A stretch of 64,000 bases of DNA from Dehalococcoidia bacterium (GTDB lineage: Bacteria > Chloroflexota > Dehalococcoidia > Lucifugimonadales > GCA-002694895), in assembly GCA_045564835.1 (NCBI GenBank), contig JBJLGN010000030.1, positions 37,545-101,544 of the forward strand, written 5' to 3'. The position numbers and the translations under genes were made by a program. Each line of letters opens with the position of its first letter. Within the stretch, counting starts at the first letter, position 1. Below, piece after piece: positions 50,726 to 61,568 of the stretch. The notes beneath the pieces were generated by a model, which was given only the letters and a program-made list of their open reading frames with translations, searched no databases and was not told the DNA's origin.

Positions 50726-51901
50726 TTATTTTAAAATGTTAGCTATTTTTTCACCAACGATTTTATCTTCCCCATCATTTAATGCCCACGGAACGAGTTT
50801 GATTGTATTTTCTTCATGATTTTGACCGTTTCGTGTCCATATTGGGGTATCTAATTCCTGTAGTTTTACAACTAATTCAGCGGCAGACATTCCCGCTTTA
50901 CTTGGGTCAATTTCTAATTTAACACCAAAAGGTTGATTTCCTATTATGTTATCAATTATTTCAGCATTTACACCGTCTATATTTTGGAGTGGTGCTAGCA
51001 TAGCTCTAGATTGATCTTCAGCTATTGCTAATCTTTCTTCATGGTTCATGGTAACCCATTCGTGTACTGCAACAGTAACGCCAATAATTTCTTGTCTATC
51101 AACTTTCATAGGCCTTCCAATACCTCGAATTCTTCTACCTTCATATCCTGTGAATGATTGATTGGCTATTTTCTCTATCATTTCAGTTGTCCCCAAAGCT
51201 AGGCCAACAGACTGTGATGCTCCCATATATTTTGCAGCAATAACCTGGGCATCTGCACCCATTCTTACATATTTACCTAGGATATCTAATGGATATATCT
51301 GAGCAGCAGCATCTACTAATACGTATATACCGTGCTTTTTCGCAATTTCAATTACTTTTTCTAAACTCAAGGGGTTTGTTTGTATATTGTTACCAACTAC
51401 TGTACCTGGAGAGAGTTCATTTGCTACCCACAATACACCTGCAGTGTTTTCAGTAATTGCATTTTCAAAATCAGATTCACTTGCTGATAATTCTTCACCA
51501 AATTCTACAAGTTTTGCGCCAGATCCTTCAACGCATCTGTCATACCAATATCTTTGGCATTTTTGAATAAGAATTTCTCCTTTCATACCAGTTGTGTCGG
51601 GTAGCTGTTCTATTAAATTATCATTATTACCAGCCATAAATGCTGCTCCAGTTAGTGCTAATGCTGCACCAGCTCCTGAAGTAACAAATCCTGCTGGCAC
51701 ATTACAATAGTCTGCAATTTTTTTACCAACAACTTCTTGAAGATGAGGTAAATTCACATATGCAGCATCTGCTCGATCCATAGCTTCTTTCACTACTTTT
51801 GTAGGAGTAGATCCTCCTAACAATGTGACACTACCAATTGCATTTATTATAGGCTTTGCACCCATTTCTTTGTAAATTTCTCCAAAAATATCGCCTGCCA
51901 T
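50726..51901 (-). CDS. SelA-like PLP enzyme (DgaE-type)
   Basis: INAIGSVTLLGGS, VTSGAGAAL, VDAAAQ, AAK, IGRPMKV. Confidence 0.82.
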   Translation of the reverse strand: MAGDIFGEIYKEMGAKPIINAIGSVTLLGGSTPTKVVKEAMDRADAAYVNLPHLQEVVGKKIADYCNVPAGFVTSGAGAALALTGAAFMAGNNDNLIEQLPDTTGMKGEILIQKCQRYWYDRCVEGSGAKLVEFGEELSASESDFENAITENTAGVLWVANELSPGTVVGNNIQTNPLSLEKVIEIAKKHGIYVLVDAAAQIYPLDILGKYVRMGADAQVIAAKYMGASQSVGLALGTTEMIEKIANQSFTGYEGRRIRGIGRPMKVDRQEIIGVTVAVHEWVTMNHEERLAIAEDQSRAMLAPLQNIDGVNAEIIDNIIGNQPFGVKLEIDPSKAGMSAAELVVKLQELDTPIWTRNGQNHEENTIKLVPWALNDGEDKIVGEKIANILK

Positions 51902-52037
51902 TTTTATCTCTCTATTATGATATATATATATAAGATTATTTATTTAATTTAGTAAGAAGTAAAAGTATAGTAAAATATTTTAACTAAATCTCAATTTATA
52001 TTTAAATACATATTCCTAATATGTTTTAAAATTTACT

Positions 52038-52895
52038 TCAAATATTGATATTATTAATAACTTCTTTAACTGATCTTGATTTATTCAGTGAATAAAAATG
52101 TATCCCATTAACATTATTATCTAATAATTCTTTTATTTGATTGGTTGCAAATTCTATTCCAAATTTAGTTGTTTCTTCATCGTTGTTAATTGACGTCTCT
52201 AGCTTTTTATTTAATGAATCAGGAATGGATGCTCCGCACATGTCAGTGAATTTTCTTATTTGTTTTGTACTGGTTATAGGCATGATTGCAGGAATTATGG
52301 GTATCTTAACTCCTGATTTTATTGCCATATCTCTAAAATTGAAAAAATCATTGTTATTAAAAAACAATTGAGTTATCAAAAAATCAGCTCCTTTTGATTG
52401 TTTTAATTTTATGCTATTTAGATCATTATCCTTTGACGATGATTCTGGATGGGATTCAGGGTAGCAAGCTGCAGCTATACAAAAATTATTAGAATGATTT
52501 TTGATAATTTCAATTAAATCAGTCGCATGTGGAAGATGATTTTTTACTTCATCAGAGTTTTTTGGTAAATCTCCTCTTAAAGCTATTATGTTTTCTATAT
52601 TTGATTGTTCGTAATTATTTAGTATTTCAATAATTTCATTTTCTGTATGAGTAATACATGTTAAATGTGACATAACTTCAGATGAAAAATTAGAGTTTTT
52701 AGTCTTGGCAGATATTTCTAAAGTGAGTTTTCTCGTACTGCCTCCAGCACCGTAGGTAAATGATACAAAATCAGGATTAAATTTTGATAAATCATCAATT
52801 GTTTTGTTTAGGGTCCCTATATTAGATTGGTCTTTTGGAGGAAAAAATTCAAAAGATAGTGTTTGTTTTTTATTTATAATGTCTATAATTTTCAT
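52038..52895 (-). CDS. metF: 5,10-methylenetetrahydrofolate reductase
   Basis: SFEFFPPK, TYGAGGS, HLTC, ALRGD, YPE.H, ITQLFF, HFYSLN. Confidence 0.95.
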   Translation of the reverse strand: MKIIDIINKKQTLSFEFFPPKDQSNIGTLNKTIDDLSKFNPDFVSFTYGAGGSTRKLTLEISAKTKNSNFSSEVMSHLTCITHTENEIIEILNNYEQSNIENIIALRGDLPKNSDEVKNHLPHATDLIEIIKNHSNNFCIAAACYPESHPESSSKDNDLNSIKLKQSKGADFLITQLFFNNNDFFNFRDMAIKSGVKIPIIPAIMPITSTKQIRKFTDMCGASIPDSLNKKLETSINNDEETTKFGIEFATNQIKELLDNNVNGIHFYSLNKSRSVKEVINNINI

Positions 52896-52912
52896 AAATA
52901 CATTAACTTTAT

Positions 52913-54394
52913 TTATATTTTAGGCGTTTTGTTTTGCCATGGTCTTTCAATTTCAATTACTCTAGAAGCCTGCAATACCCCTTCTTCATTTTCTTTTGCC
53001 CCAACAATCTGAAGACCTACTGGCATTTTGTTTTTAGTGAATCCACTAGGTATACTTGCTCCTGGATTTCCTGTCCAATTAAATAGAGCAGTGTACTGCT
53101 TGTAAGCAAAATTCCAAGATGAATAGTCCATTTCGTTATGAACTTTTTTATCTTCATCAGTCATGTGAATAATGTTTAATTTATTATTTTCAATAATATG
53201 CTTTTCGTCACATTTGTTTGCAGTGAATCCTACTGTAGGAGTTGCGATAAAATCAAATTTCTTAAATATTGAATTAACATAAGACCTTAGCTCGTAAAGT
53301 TTTGTAAGTGCATTTATATATTCGTCTGAGCTTATATTTTTACCTCTTTCTATTGAATTCCTAACATGGGGCATCAATTTAGAAGCATTTTCTTCATAAT
53401 AAATTTTATTATTTGTATAATTTAGAGCAAGTGTTAATATTGAATCAAGTTCTTCATAATCATCTAGTTTTATTTTTATATCTAGGTCTTCAACTATAGC
53501 ACCATGTTTTTCAAATATGCTCATGGCATTTTTATTGATTTCTAATACTTCATCATCTACTATTCTGGAATTAAGATCCGAAGACCATCCAATTTTTTTA
53601 CCCTTGATGCCTTTATCAATATTAGTAAGGAAATTTGGTGCAGATTGATTAATTGTTCCAGGCTCAGCTTCGATATGATATCCTGACATAGCTTGTAATA
53701 GGATGGCACTATCTTTTACGTACCAACTCATTGGTCCCATACAAGAATAATTAACAGGATGCCAACTCATTTTTCCAGAATGTCTTCTTGGAACTCTTCC
53801 TTGTGTTCCTTTTATGCCATAAATTCCTGAAAATGAAGAAGGAATTCTAATCGACCCACCACCATCAGACCCTTGTCCAAATGGATGAACTCCAGATGCA
53901 ACTGCAGCAGCAGTACCTCCACTAGATCCACCAGAAGTATAGTTTAAGTTCCAAGGATTTCTACAATCGTCACCTAATTTATTTTCAGTTCCACCACTTG
54001 CTCCAAATTCTGGAACATTTGTTTTTCCAAGAATAATTCCGTCTTCATTTTTTATTCTTTCAACACCTAATTGATCAATTTTTGAGACACTATTTTCTAA
54101 AAATAACGAACCTTTTGTAGTTCTATAACCTTTAACGGGTTCTAAATCTTTGATAGATGTTGGTACTCCTCCAAGTAATCCGATCGGCTGTTTTGTTTGG
54201 ATTTTTTTATCAACATTTTTAGCAGAATTTATAGCCAATTCTTCTGTCACTGTTATGAACGCATTTGTTTTTGAGTTTGTATCAGTTATTCGTTCGAGGG
54301 CTAAGTTTGTTAACTCTAAACAAGATATTTCTTTATTATTAATTAGAGATTTAAGCTCTAATGCAGATTTATATAGTAAGTCAAATTTCCCCAT
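52913..54394 (-). CDS. Amidase signature family enzyme
   Basis: SIKDL, GKTNVPEFG, GGSSGG, GSDGGGSIRIP; start re-assigned to MGKF. Confidence 0.9.
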   Translation of the reverse strand: MGKFDLLYKSALELKSLINNKEISCLELTNLALERITDTNSKTNAFITVTEELAINSAKNVDKKIQTKQPIGLLGGVPTSIKDLEPVKGYRTTKGSLFLENSVSKIDQLGVERIKNEDGIILGKTNVPEFGASGGTENKLGDDCRNPWNLNYTSGGSSGGTAAAVASGVHPFGQGSDGGGSIRIPSSFSGIYGIKGTQGRVPRRHSGKMSWHPVNYSCMGPMSWYVKDSAILLQAMSGYHIEAEPGTINQSAPNFLTNIDKGIKGKKIGWSSDLNSRIVDDEVLEINKNAMSIFEKHGAIVEDLDIKIKLDDYEELDSILTLALNYTNNKIYYEENASKLMPHVRNSIERGKNISSDEYINALTKLYELRSYVNSIFKKFDFIATPTVGFTANKCDEKHIIENNKLNIIHMTDEDKKVHNEMDYSSWNFAYKQYTALFNWTGNPGASIPSGFTKNKMPVGLQIVGAKENEEGVLQASRVIEIERPWQNKTPKI

Positions 54395-54401
54395 ATAACT
54401 A

Positions 54402-54866
54402 TTATATACTCCCTTCAAAATTTAATTGCTTCCAAGATTCATAAATTATAATAGCTGTGGCATTTGATAAGTTTAGACTTCTATTATTAGGTACCATTGG
54501 TAATTTGAATATGTTTTCTTTTGGAATTTTATTAATAGTTTCTTCATCTAATCCTAGTGATTCACTGCCAAATAAAATTGCATCGTTTTTTTTAAAATTA
54601 ATTTTTGTGTAAATTTTCTTACCCTTTGCAGTAGCTCCTAAAATTCGATTTGGTTGAATTAAAGTCATAAATTTATTTAATGAATCATGAACTTGTAACT
54701 TTGTTAAGTCATGATAATCCAAGCCTGCTCTTATTAGATTGCGATCTGACAAATCAAATCCCAAAGGTTTAACTAAATGCAGATGATATCCTGTGTTTGC
54801 ACAAAGTCTTATTATATTGCCAGTATTTGGCGGAATTTCAGGTTTTATTAAAACTATATGTATCAT
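54402..54866 (-). CDS. trmL: tRNA (cytidine(34)-2'-O)-methyltransferase
   Basis: PEIPPNTGNIIR, RAGLDY, FGSES.GL, RSLNLS. Confidence 0.93.
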   Translation of the reverse strand: MIHIVLIKPEIPPNTGNIIRLCANTGYHLHLVKPLGFDLSDRNLIRAGLDYHDLTKLQVHDSLNKFMTLIQPNRILGATAKGKKIYTKINFKKNDAILFGSESLGLDEETINKIPKENIFKLPMVPNNRSLNLSNATAIIIYESWKQLNFEGSI

Positions 54867-54984
54867 AAGAAAATTTTAATTGATGCTGTTAAAAATAAAA
54901 AAAATGTAATAATTGAAGATATACAACCGTATGGTTTGAACAATTCTTATTTCTCCTATAATATGAAATTTAGGGGGTAAAGTT

Positions 54985-56460
54985 ATGAATAAAAAATACT
55001 TGTTAAAAAATGCTACGATATATGATGGTGCGGGGTCAAATCCATTTAATGGGAATGTTTTAATAGAAGATGGGAAAATAATAGAAGTTGGCCAAATTGA
55101 TAACGTAGAAGCAGAAATAATTGATATAAAAGGAAAGGCACTGGCACCAGGATTCATTGATATGCATTCTCATGATGATATTGCTATGTTTGTTTATCCT
55201 GATATGGATTTTAAATTAATGCAAGGTGTGACCACTAATGTAAATGGTAATTGTGGTTCAGGAGTTATTCCTTACTCTAATGCAGATATTATTAAATGGT
55301 ATCCTAATTTACCTGAAATCCCTAAATGGGATTCGTATGGAGAGTATTCTGAATTAGTTAACAAATCCCAAACTAGTATTCATTCAGCTTTTTTAGTAGG
55401 TCATGGCCCAATAAGAAAGGCTACAGTAGGTAATGAAGAAAGAATGCCTACTGAAAAAGAATTTGATTTAATGAAGGGATGGATAAAAGAAGGTATGGAA
55501 GAGGGAGCTGTGGGCTTGTCTACTGGATTAATTTATGAACCAGGTAGATATTCTAATACAGATGAAATTATAGAATTAAGTAAAATCATTTCACCCTATA
55601 ATGGTGTGTATTTTAGTCATATGAGAAATGAAGCAGGACACCTTATAGAATCTGTAGAAGAGACAATAAAAATTGGAGAAGAAGCTGAGTGCTCAATAGA
55701 AATTTCTCACCATAAAGTATCCGGAGAAGAAAATTGGGGAAAATCTGTTAAATCACTGGAAACAATAGAAGAAGCTAGAAATAGAGGATTAAATGTTCAC
55801 TCAGATCAGTATCCTTACAATGCAGGGAGCACTTCTTTATTTGCAATTGTACAAAATAATGCATTCACAACAGGTGATGGAGGTATGGGCTCGGCAACCG
55901 GAGATAAAGTTATGATTTCTAGTTCTAGTAAAGATCCATCCTTAGAAGGTAAAACTATAGGCGATATTTGTGATGAATATGATCTGCCAGAGCAAGAAGC
56001 TGCTCAAAAGTTATTGAGTAGTGATCCTGATATATTTATTGTTATTGAAGGAATGGTAGAAGATGATATTGCTAGAATATTAGCTCACCCAACAACTATG
56101 ATAGGATCAGATGGAGTACCTTTACCAGGAAAACCACACCCAAGATTGTACGGTTGTTTTCCTAGAGTACTTGGTAAATATTCCAGAGAGGATGGCGTTA
56201 TAAGTATGCAAGATGCAATTTATAAAATGACTGGTCTTTCTGCCACTAAATCAAATTTAAATGATCGAGGTTTTATTAAAAAAGGATTAAATGCTGATAT
56301 AGTTATATTTGATGAAAGTACTATAATTGATAAAGCTACTTACGATAATCCAAGAGTTTATCCAGAAGGAATAATACATGTTTTTGTTGATGGTGATTTT
56401 GCTGTCAAAGATGGTAAACAAACCGATTTAAGAGCGGGCAAAGTGGCCAGAAGATCTTAA
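54985..56460 (+). CDS. N-acyl-D-amino acid deacylase (D-aminoacylase)
   Basis: PGFIDMHSH, GNCG, GLSTGLIY, SHMR, SHHK, YPY, IGSD, HPR. Confidence 0.92.
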   Translation: MNKKYLLKNATIYDGAGSNPFNGNVLIEDGKIIEVGQIDNVEAEIIDIKGKALAPGFIDMHSHDDIAMFVYPDMDFKLMQGVTTNVNGNCGSGVIPYSNADIIKWYPNLPEIPKWDSYGEYSELVNKSQTSIHSAFLVGHGPIRKATVGNEERMPTEKEFDLMKGWIKEGMEEGAVGLSTGLIYEPGRYSNTDEIIELSKIISPYNGVYFSHMRNEAGHLIESVEETIKIGEEAECSIEISHHKVSGEENWGKSVKSLETIEEARNRGLNVHSDQYPYNAGSTSLFAIVQNNAFTTGDGGMGSATGDKVMISSSSKDPSLEGKTIGDICDEYDLPEQEAAQKLLSSDPDIFIVIEGMVEDDIARILAHPTTMIGSDGVPLPGKPHPRLYGCFPRVLGKYSREDGVISMQDAIYKMTGLSATKSNLNDRGFIKKGLNADIVIFDESTIIDKATYDNPRVYPEGIIHVFVDGDFAVKDGKQTDLRAGKVARRS

Positions 56461-57026
56461 TTAGTTATAGTTATTTCTACTGCTTTTAGCTTTGTTCCAT
56501 CATTAGAGCCTGAAATAGATATATTTTTGTCTATTCCCAACTCGGATTTTTCAATGTTTACAAGCGATTTTATATTTGTTTCCTCGTCCATAGTTACTTG
56601 AATGTTCCCCATTTGAGTTTCAACATATAGCGTATTGTTTTGAATATCAGTAATGGTTCCAGTCATTGTTCGCAGACCCATATTTCCAAGTTGATTTTTT
56701 GATGAATTATTTATAGAAGGTTTATTTTCTGAAACAAAACCAGTTCTTATTTTATTTCTAAGATCTTCAGGAACTTCATCCATACTCATTTCCCCAGATT
56801 TTACTTTTTGGATAATTACTTTTTCTTCATCAGTTAATTCAGAACCAGAATCGGTTTTCTTTTTTTGACTACTACCATCTGGAGGGTAGATTTTCATGAA
56901 TTCTTTTCCCCCACTTATTGCAATATCAACTTTTTTATTTGCATTATTATTACCATTGTAGAATCCAATTGAATAAGTACCTCCAATTAGAATTATTATT
57001 GCAATTAAAAATAAAAATGATTTCAT
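56457..57026 (-). CDS. Membrane-anchored accessory protein of the MacAB-like operon
   Basis: N-terminal TM, C-terminal OB-like GTITDI..V segment; operon position. Confidence 0.6.
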   Translation of the reverse strand: MKSFLFLIAIIILIGGTYSIGFYNGNNNANKKVDIAISGGKEFMKIYPPDGSSQKKKTDSGSELTDEEKVIIQKVKSGEMSMDEVPEDLRNKIRTGFVSENKPSINNSSKNQLGNMGLRTMTGTITDIQNNTLYVETQMGNIQVTMDEETNIKSLVNIEKSELGIDKNISISGSNDGTKLKAVEITITN

Positions 57027-57038
57027 ACGTAAAGCTCC

Positions 57039-58274
57039 TTATTGATATCTTAATGCTTCTACAGGCTGTAATTTCGAAGCTCTGAGTGCAGGGAAAATGC
57101 CAAAAAACAATCCTGTTGCAGCAGATACTCCAAAAGCGAGCATAGCTATGTCTAGTGTAAATTCAGTTCTGAAAGGATCATCTCCTATCTCAATTTGGCC
57201 TATAAAATATAATGAAAGCCATCCCAAAAATATTCCTACCATTCCTCCTATAGTACTTAGTACAACAGATTCAGAAACAAATTGTAGCAGAATATCTTTT
57301 CTTTTTGCACCAAGGCTTTTCCTTATTCCAATTTCCCTTGTTCTTTCTGTTACTGATACCAACATAATATTCATTACCCCTATACCTCCAACTAGTAAAG
57401 AGATTCCTGCTATTGCTCCTAAAAATATAGTTATTCCTTGGGTAACTGTTTTAAATGTATCTAGTACTTCTTGTTGATTGATTATCTCAAAATCATCATC
57501 TTCGTCTGACGCAATTTTATGATTAAATCTTAATACACTTGTAGCCTCAAGAAGAGCTTTGTTAACTTCTTCTGCACTATTAGCTTCTACCACAATAGAA
57601 GCGAGTGCTACAGTTCCTGGGGTATTACTTGAATTAGATAATCTGTAGTGAGCTGTAGTAACTGGTATCAATGCTCTATCGTCAATACTTACACCCCCAA
57701 AGCCACCACCTTTTTCTTCTAGTACCCCAATAACTTGCATACTTCTTCCATTTATTCTAATGAATTGACCTACAGGATTACGATTGCCCAATAATTCATT
57801 AGCTGCATTAATACCTAGCACGGCTACTTCAGACATGTTTTCAACATGCAAATCAGAAATGAATGAGCCATGTTTCATATCTAAATTCCGTACAGTTTTA
57901 TAGTTTTGAGTAATCCCGTATACTTGAGTATATTTCCAGTTATTACTAAAGTTAATTTTACCCATTTGTACTAACTCAGGAGTAACAGATTTTATAGCAC
58001 TATTTTCACGTTTTGCAGCAAGTATTTCAGAATCTTTCAAGGATATTATAGATGAAGCTCCAGACTTCGAATCTCTTGAAGATGTTATATATATTAAGTT
58101 TGATCCAAGGGATTCTATCGTGTCAGTAACTGATTTTTCAAATCCTTTACCCATACCCATCAGAGATATAACTGATAGAATACCTATCACAATTCCAAGT
58201 AGAGTAAGTCCCGAGCGAAGCTTGTTTGTGCTTAGAGAATTTAGCGATGTTTTTAATATTGAAAAAATACTCAT
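57039..58274 (-). CDS. MacB/FtsX-family ABC permease
   Basis: RSGLTLLGIVIG, SLLVGGIGVMNIMLVSVTERTREIG, PVEALR. Confidence 0.93.
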   Translation of the reverse strand: MSIFSILKTSLNSLSTNKLRSGLTLLGIVIGILSVISLMGMGKGFEKSVTDTIESLGSNLIYITSSRDSKSGASSIISLKDSEILAAKRENSAIKSVTPELVQMGKINFSNNWKYTQVYGITQNYKTVRNLDMKHGSFISDLHVENMSEVAVLGINAANELLGNRNPVGQFIRINGRSMQVIGVLEEKGGGFGGVSIDDRALIPVTTAHYRLSNSSNTPGTVALASIVVEANSAEEVNKALLEATSVLRFNHKIASDEDDDFEIINQQEVLDTFKTVTQGITIFLGAIAGISLLVGGIGVMNIMLVSVTERTREIGIRKSLGAKRKDILLQFVSESVVLSTIGGMVGIFLGWLSLYFIGQIEIGDDPFRTEFTLDIAMLAFGVSAATGLFFGIFPALRASKLQPVEALRYQ

Positions 58275-58945
58275 TTATTCCTCTCATCATTAATTATTTC
58301 ACCATCTCTAAATGAAATAATTCTTTTCGTTAATTTTGCAACATCTGGTTCATGAGTAACTATTAAAACAGTTATTTTTGACTCTGTATTTAAATTTGTT
58401 AAGATTTCCATTATTTCACTTCCAGTTTTAGTATCTAATGCACCAGTTGGTTCATCTGCTAAAACTATTCTAGGATTTTTTACTAAAGCCCTAGCTATTG
58501 AAACTCTTTGTTGCTCACCTCCAGACATTTCAACCGGTTTGTGTTTCATTCTGTCTTTTAACCCAACTTTTTCAAGAGCGGATATAGCTTTTTCTTTAAT
58601 TTCTTTATTGCTTATATAAGATAACCCCATCATTACATTTTCGATTGCACTTATGCGTGGAAGTAAATTATAAGTCTGGAAAATAAAACCAACTTTTTCT
58701 CCTCTGATCTCAGCTAGTTCATTGTCATTTAATTTCCCCACTTCAATACCATCAAGCATGTATTCTCCTGTAGAAGGAATATCTAAACATCCAAGTATAT
58801 TCATCATTGTTGATTTACCAGATCCTGAAGGCCCCATTATAGAAGCAAATTCGCCTTGCTCTATGTCTAAGTTTACTGATTTAACAGCATTAACTTGAAC
58901 GCCGGATAATTGATATGTTTTTGAAACATCTAGTAATTTGATCAT
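58271..58945 (-). CDS. ABC transporter ATP-binding protein (MacB/LolD-like)
   Basis: GPSGSGKS, MSGGEQQR, LADEPTGALD. Confidence 0.95.
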   Translation of the reverse strand: MIKLLDVSKTYQLSGVQVNAVKSVNLDIEQGEFASIMGPSGSGKSTMMNILGCLDIPSTGEYMLDGIEVGKLNDNELAEIRGEKVGFIFQTYNLLPRISAIENVMMGLSYISNKEIKEKAISALEKVGLKDRMKHKPVEMSGGEQQRVSIARALVKNPRIVLADEPTGALDTKTGSEIMEILTNLNTESKITVLIVTHEPDVAKLTKRIISFRDGEIINDERNK

Positions 58946-58947
58946 TT

Positions 58948-61011
58948 TTACTTACGCTGTCTCGAATTGTCGGACCTTGGTTCAGATGATGGAGGACCTC
59001 CTCTAATATCAGTTGTTGGTATATCAGGAACCTCCATTACTATCATGTCTTCTGAATTCATTCCAGAAATTACTTCTACCCAATTAGAATCTGAATCTCC
59101 AATTTTTATACTTTTTTCTGTGACTTGGCCGTCATTAATTACTTTTACTGTTGGAGAATCGAAAGTCCCATATAAGCTTTGTATAGGAATTAAATTTATA
59201 CCATATTTAGCTTTTGTTATTACTTGGGCGGTAGCACTTAATCCATCTTTAAGAGTTGTATTATCAGGAATAATCACATCGATTTTTGCTGAAAATGTTG
59301 TCACCCCACCTGAAGAATTACTTGCAGACGCGATAGAATTCAAAGTCCCTTCTAGCTCTGTGTTTCTTAATGCATCGGTTTGTATTTTTGCTTCTAAGCC
59401 ACTTGATAAATACAAGATATCAACTTCATCAACATCACCAATAAATTCTAGTGTTTGTGGATTGGCTATAGTAATTATATTTTGTGCAGTGGTAATTGTA
59501 TCTCCTTCAGCTTTTAAGATTTGTGTTATAACACCATCATATGGAGCAAATATTTTTGCGCCAATTAAAATATTTTCAGCATTTCTCAAAAGTGCTTCTG
59601 CATTTTTAAGTTCAGATTCTCTTAATTTAACTATTTGTTGAAATTTTGATACATTTAGCTCTAGAATTGATATGTCTAATTCAGTTGGATTTTTTAGATC
59701 TTTAAGTTCATCTTCTAATTTTTTCAGAGATTCTTTATGTACTGATAGCTGATCACCAAGTTGTTGTTCTTTATCAGTTTGAGATCTTGAGAGAATCTCT
59801 TCATATGTTTGTTTGGCTGTTCTATACAAGGATAATTTGTTTGTATATGTACTCAGAGCTGTATCTATGGCTTTGTTTTTTTCAAGCGTTTTTTCACTTA
59901 GTGTTTTTATAGATTGCTGGTAATCATCCCAAGAATCTATAAGATTTTTTTCAATGCATGTTTTATTTATTGAAGACGTACCAATTGTTTGTGTTGGCAT
60001 TACAGATGTATTTTTACAATCTATCCAAATATCAGCTGAAGAGTCCTCTTTGCCTATACTTGAGGGGCTTAGATGGAGCCATCCATAGATAGTTAGTTCA
60101 TCAAGCTGAGTGTTTTTGTCGTCGACAGGCCTAAGATAAACATCTCTGCGAACAGTAGATTCGCTGAATATTGTATGTAAATTAGTATTCCATTTTTTAA
60201 GTATATCTTTATGGTCTATTAAATATTCTTCTTTATTTGATAGACCAAACCATTTATTTAATTCTTTAAAATATAATTCTTTTTGTGCTTCAATGCTTTC
60301 TTCGTGAGGCTTGATATTTGTATCCCACTGAGACTTAGTGATGTCTAGAGTTTTCTGCGCATTATTCTTAGTGAAGAGTGCTACATCATAGTTTGATTTT
60401 GCATTGTCTAAATCAACTTTTTTCCCTGATTTGAGATAAAAAGACAAGTCGAATTCTGATCTTGAAATAGTAATTTTAGTATCAGAAATAGCTTTTTCTT
60501 TATTTGCTATAAGTACTGTATCACCTTTAGAAGCTGTATCGAGCGTTTCTTTTGCTTCAACTAAATTTGATTCACTTACTTTAAGTGAATATTTTGCAGT
60601 CGCAACATCTGACTTAGCTTTGGCTACATTTTTTGCTAATTCTGTAACTTTTATGTCATCTAATTCTGCAAGAGTAGTCCCCGATGTAACAAGTTGATTT
60701 TCTTCTACGTAGATTTTAGCAATTTTCCCAACACTTAAAAATTTCATGTCGTCTTTGTCTGAAAATTTGATTTGACCAGTAATTGTCACATCTGATACCA
60801 AATCACCTTTTTGCATGGTTATTATTTGTTGCGATTCAGTGACAATCGTATTATCAGTACCTACATAGCTTTTGAAGAAATATACTGATAACAAGGTTCC
60901 AATTATTAAAGTGAGTGATATTGAAGTTAATTTACCAATTTTACTTAACTTTAAATTACTTAGGAGTTTTAATGGTTTTTTTAGTGTTCCCAAAATAGAC
61001 GATAGATTCAT
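58948..61011 (-). CDS. Periplasmic adaptor (MFP/HlyD) with long insert
   Basis: N-terminal TM, GKIAKIYV..G, coiled coils, IFAPYDG, VDEVD, EVISG. Confidence 0.85.
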   Translation of the reverse strand: MNLSSILGTLKKPLKLLSNLKLSKIGKLTSISLTLIIGTLLSVYFFKSYVGTDNTIVTESQQIITMQKGDLVSDVTITGQIKFSDKDDMKFLSVGKIAKIYVEENQLVTSGTTLAELDDIKVTELAKNVAKAKSDVATAKYSLKVSESNLVEAKETLDTASKGDTVLIANKEKAISDTKITISRSEFDLSFYLKSGKKVDLDNAKSNYDVALFTKNNAQKTLDITKSQWDTNIKPHEESIEAQKELYFKELNKWFGLSNKEEYLIDHKDILKKWNTNLHTIFSESTVRRDVYLRPVDDKNTQLDELTIYGWLHLSPSSIGKEDSSADIWIDCKNTSVMPTQTIGTSSINKTCIEKNLIDSWDDYQQSIKTLSEKTLEKNKAIDTALSTYTNKLSLYRTAKQTYEEILSRSQTDKEQQLGDQLSVHKESLKKLEDELKDLKNPTELDISILELNVSKFQQIVKLRESELKNAEALLRNAENILIGAKIFAPYDGVITQILKAEGDTITTAQNIITIANPQTLEFIGDVDEVDILYLSSGLEAKIQTDALRNTELEGTLNSIASASNSSGGVTTFSAKIDVIIPDNTTLKDGLSATAQVITKAKYGINLIPIQSLYGTFDSPTVKVINDGQVTEKSIKIGDSDSNWVEVISGMNSEDMIVMEVPDIPTTDIRGGPPSSEPRSDNSRQRK

Positions 61012-61059
61012 TTTTCCTCGGATGTTTACTTAATAATCTAATTATAGAACAAATTTTAT

Positions 61060-61260
61060 TTAACTTGCTTTGTTTAGTTTACGTAAATTAACTTTCAATT
61101 TATTTTTTTTACGTTTAGATTCTGAATACGCATAATCTACCCATCCACATATTACACAAGTTGGTTCAAAACTGTCCATGGATACGATAGAACTACATTT
61201 AGGACACTTATTACTTGTGTAGTTTTTATTTGTACTACCTGCGCCTTTTTTATTGTTCAT
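61060..61260 (-). CDS. Small zinc-ribbon protein with basic tail
   Basis: CPKC..CVICG; GAGGT RBS before MNNKK. Confidence 0.65.
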   Translation of the reverse strand: MNNKKGAGSTNKNYTSNKCPKCSSIVSMDSFEPTCVICGWVDYAYSESKRKKNKLKVNLRKLNKAS

Positions 61261-61331
61261 TATGTACCTCATATATATAATTATTAAACTCACCATATAA
61301 TAGTAATGTTAAGAAATGTTGAAGGTTAAAA

Positions 61332-61568
61332 ATGAATGAAATTCCTAAGCTTGATTTACACAGAATAAAACATGAGGAAGCAGAAATTCTTGTTGATAGA
61401 TTTATTAATGAGAATTGGGGTAAAAATATTGAAACACAAATAATCACAGGAAATTCAAAAAAAATGAAAGATATTGTTATATCAAAGTTAAACTTTTACA
61501 AATTAGAATTTTCTGTGGGTGATAGATGGAATCCTACTAACTCAGGATATATTAGTGTAATTATTTGA
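61332..61568 (+). CDS. Stand-alone Smr domain protein
   Basis: LDLH, IITG, N.G. Confidence 0.8.
   Translation: MNEIPKLDLHRIKHEEAEILVDRFINENWGKNIETQIITGNSKKMKDIVISKLNFYKLEFSVGDRWNPTNSGYISVII

Noticed and set aside
50726-51901. Possible selenocysteine synthase SelA serving the selenoprotein
   Set aside because: At 391 aa it lacks the N-terminal extension of true SelA, has DgaE-like motifs, and no selB/selC/selD lies nearby
58967-59641. 224-aa antisense ORF
   Set aside because: Lies wholly opposite the adaptor gene and has no motif; shadow ORF
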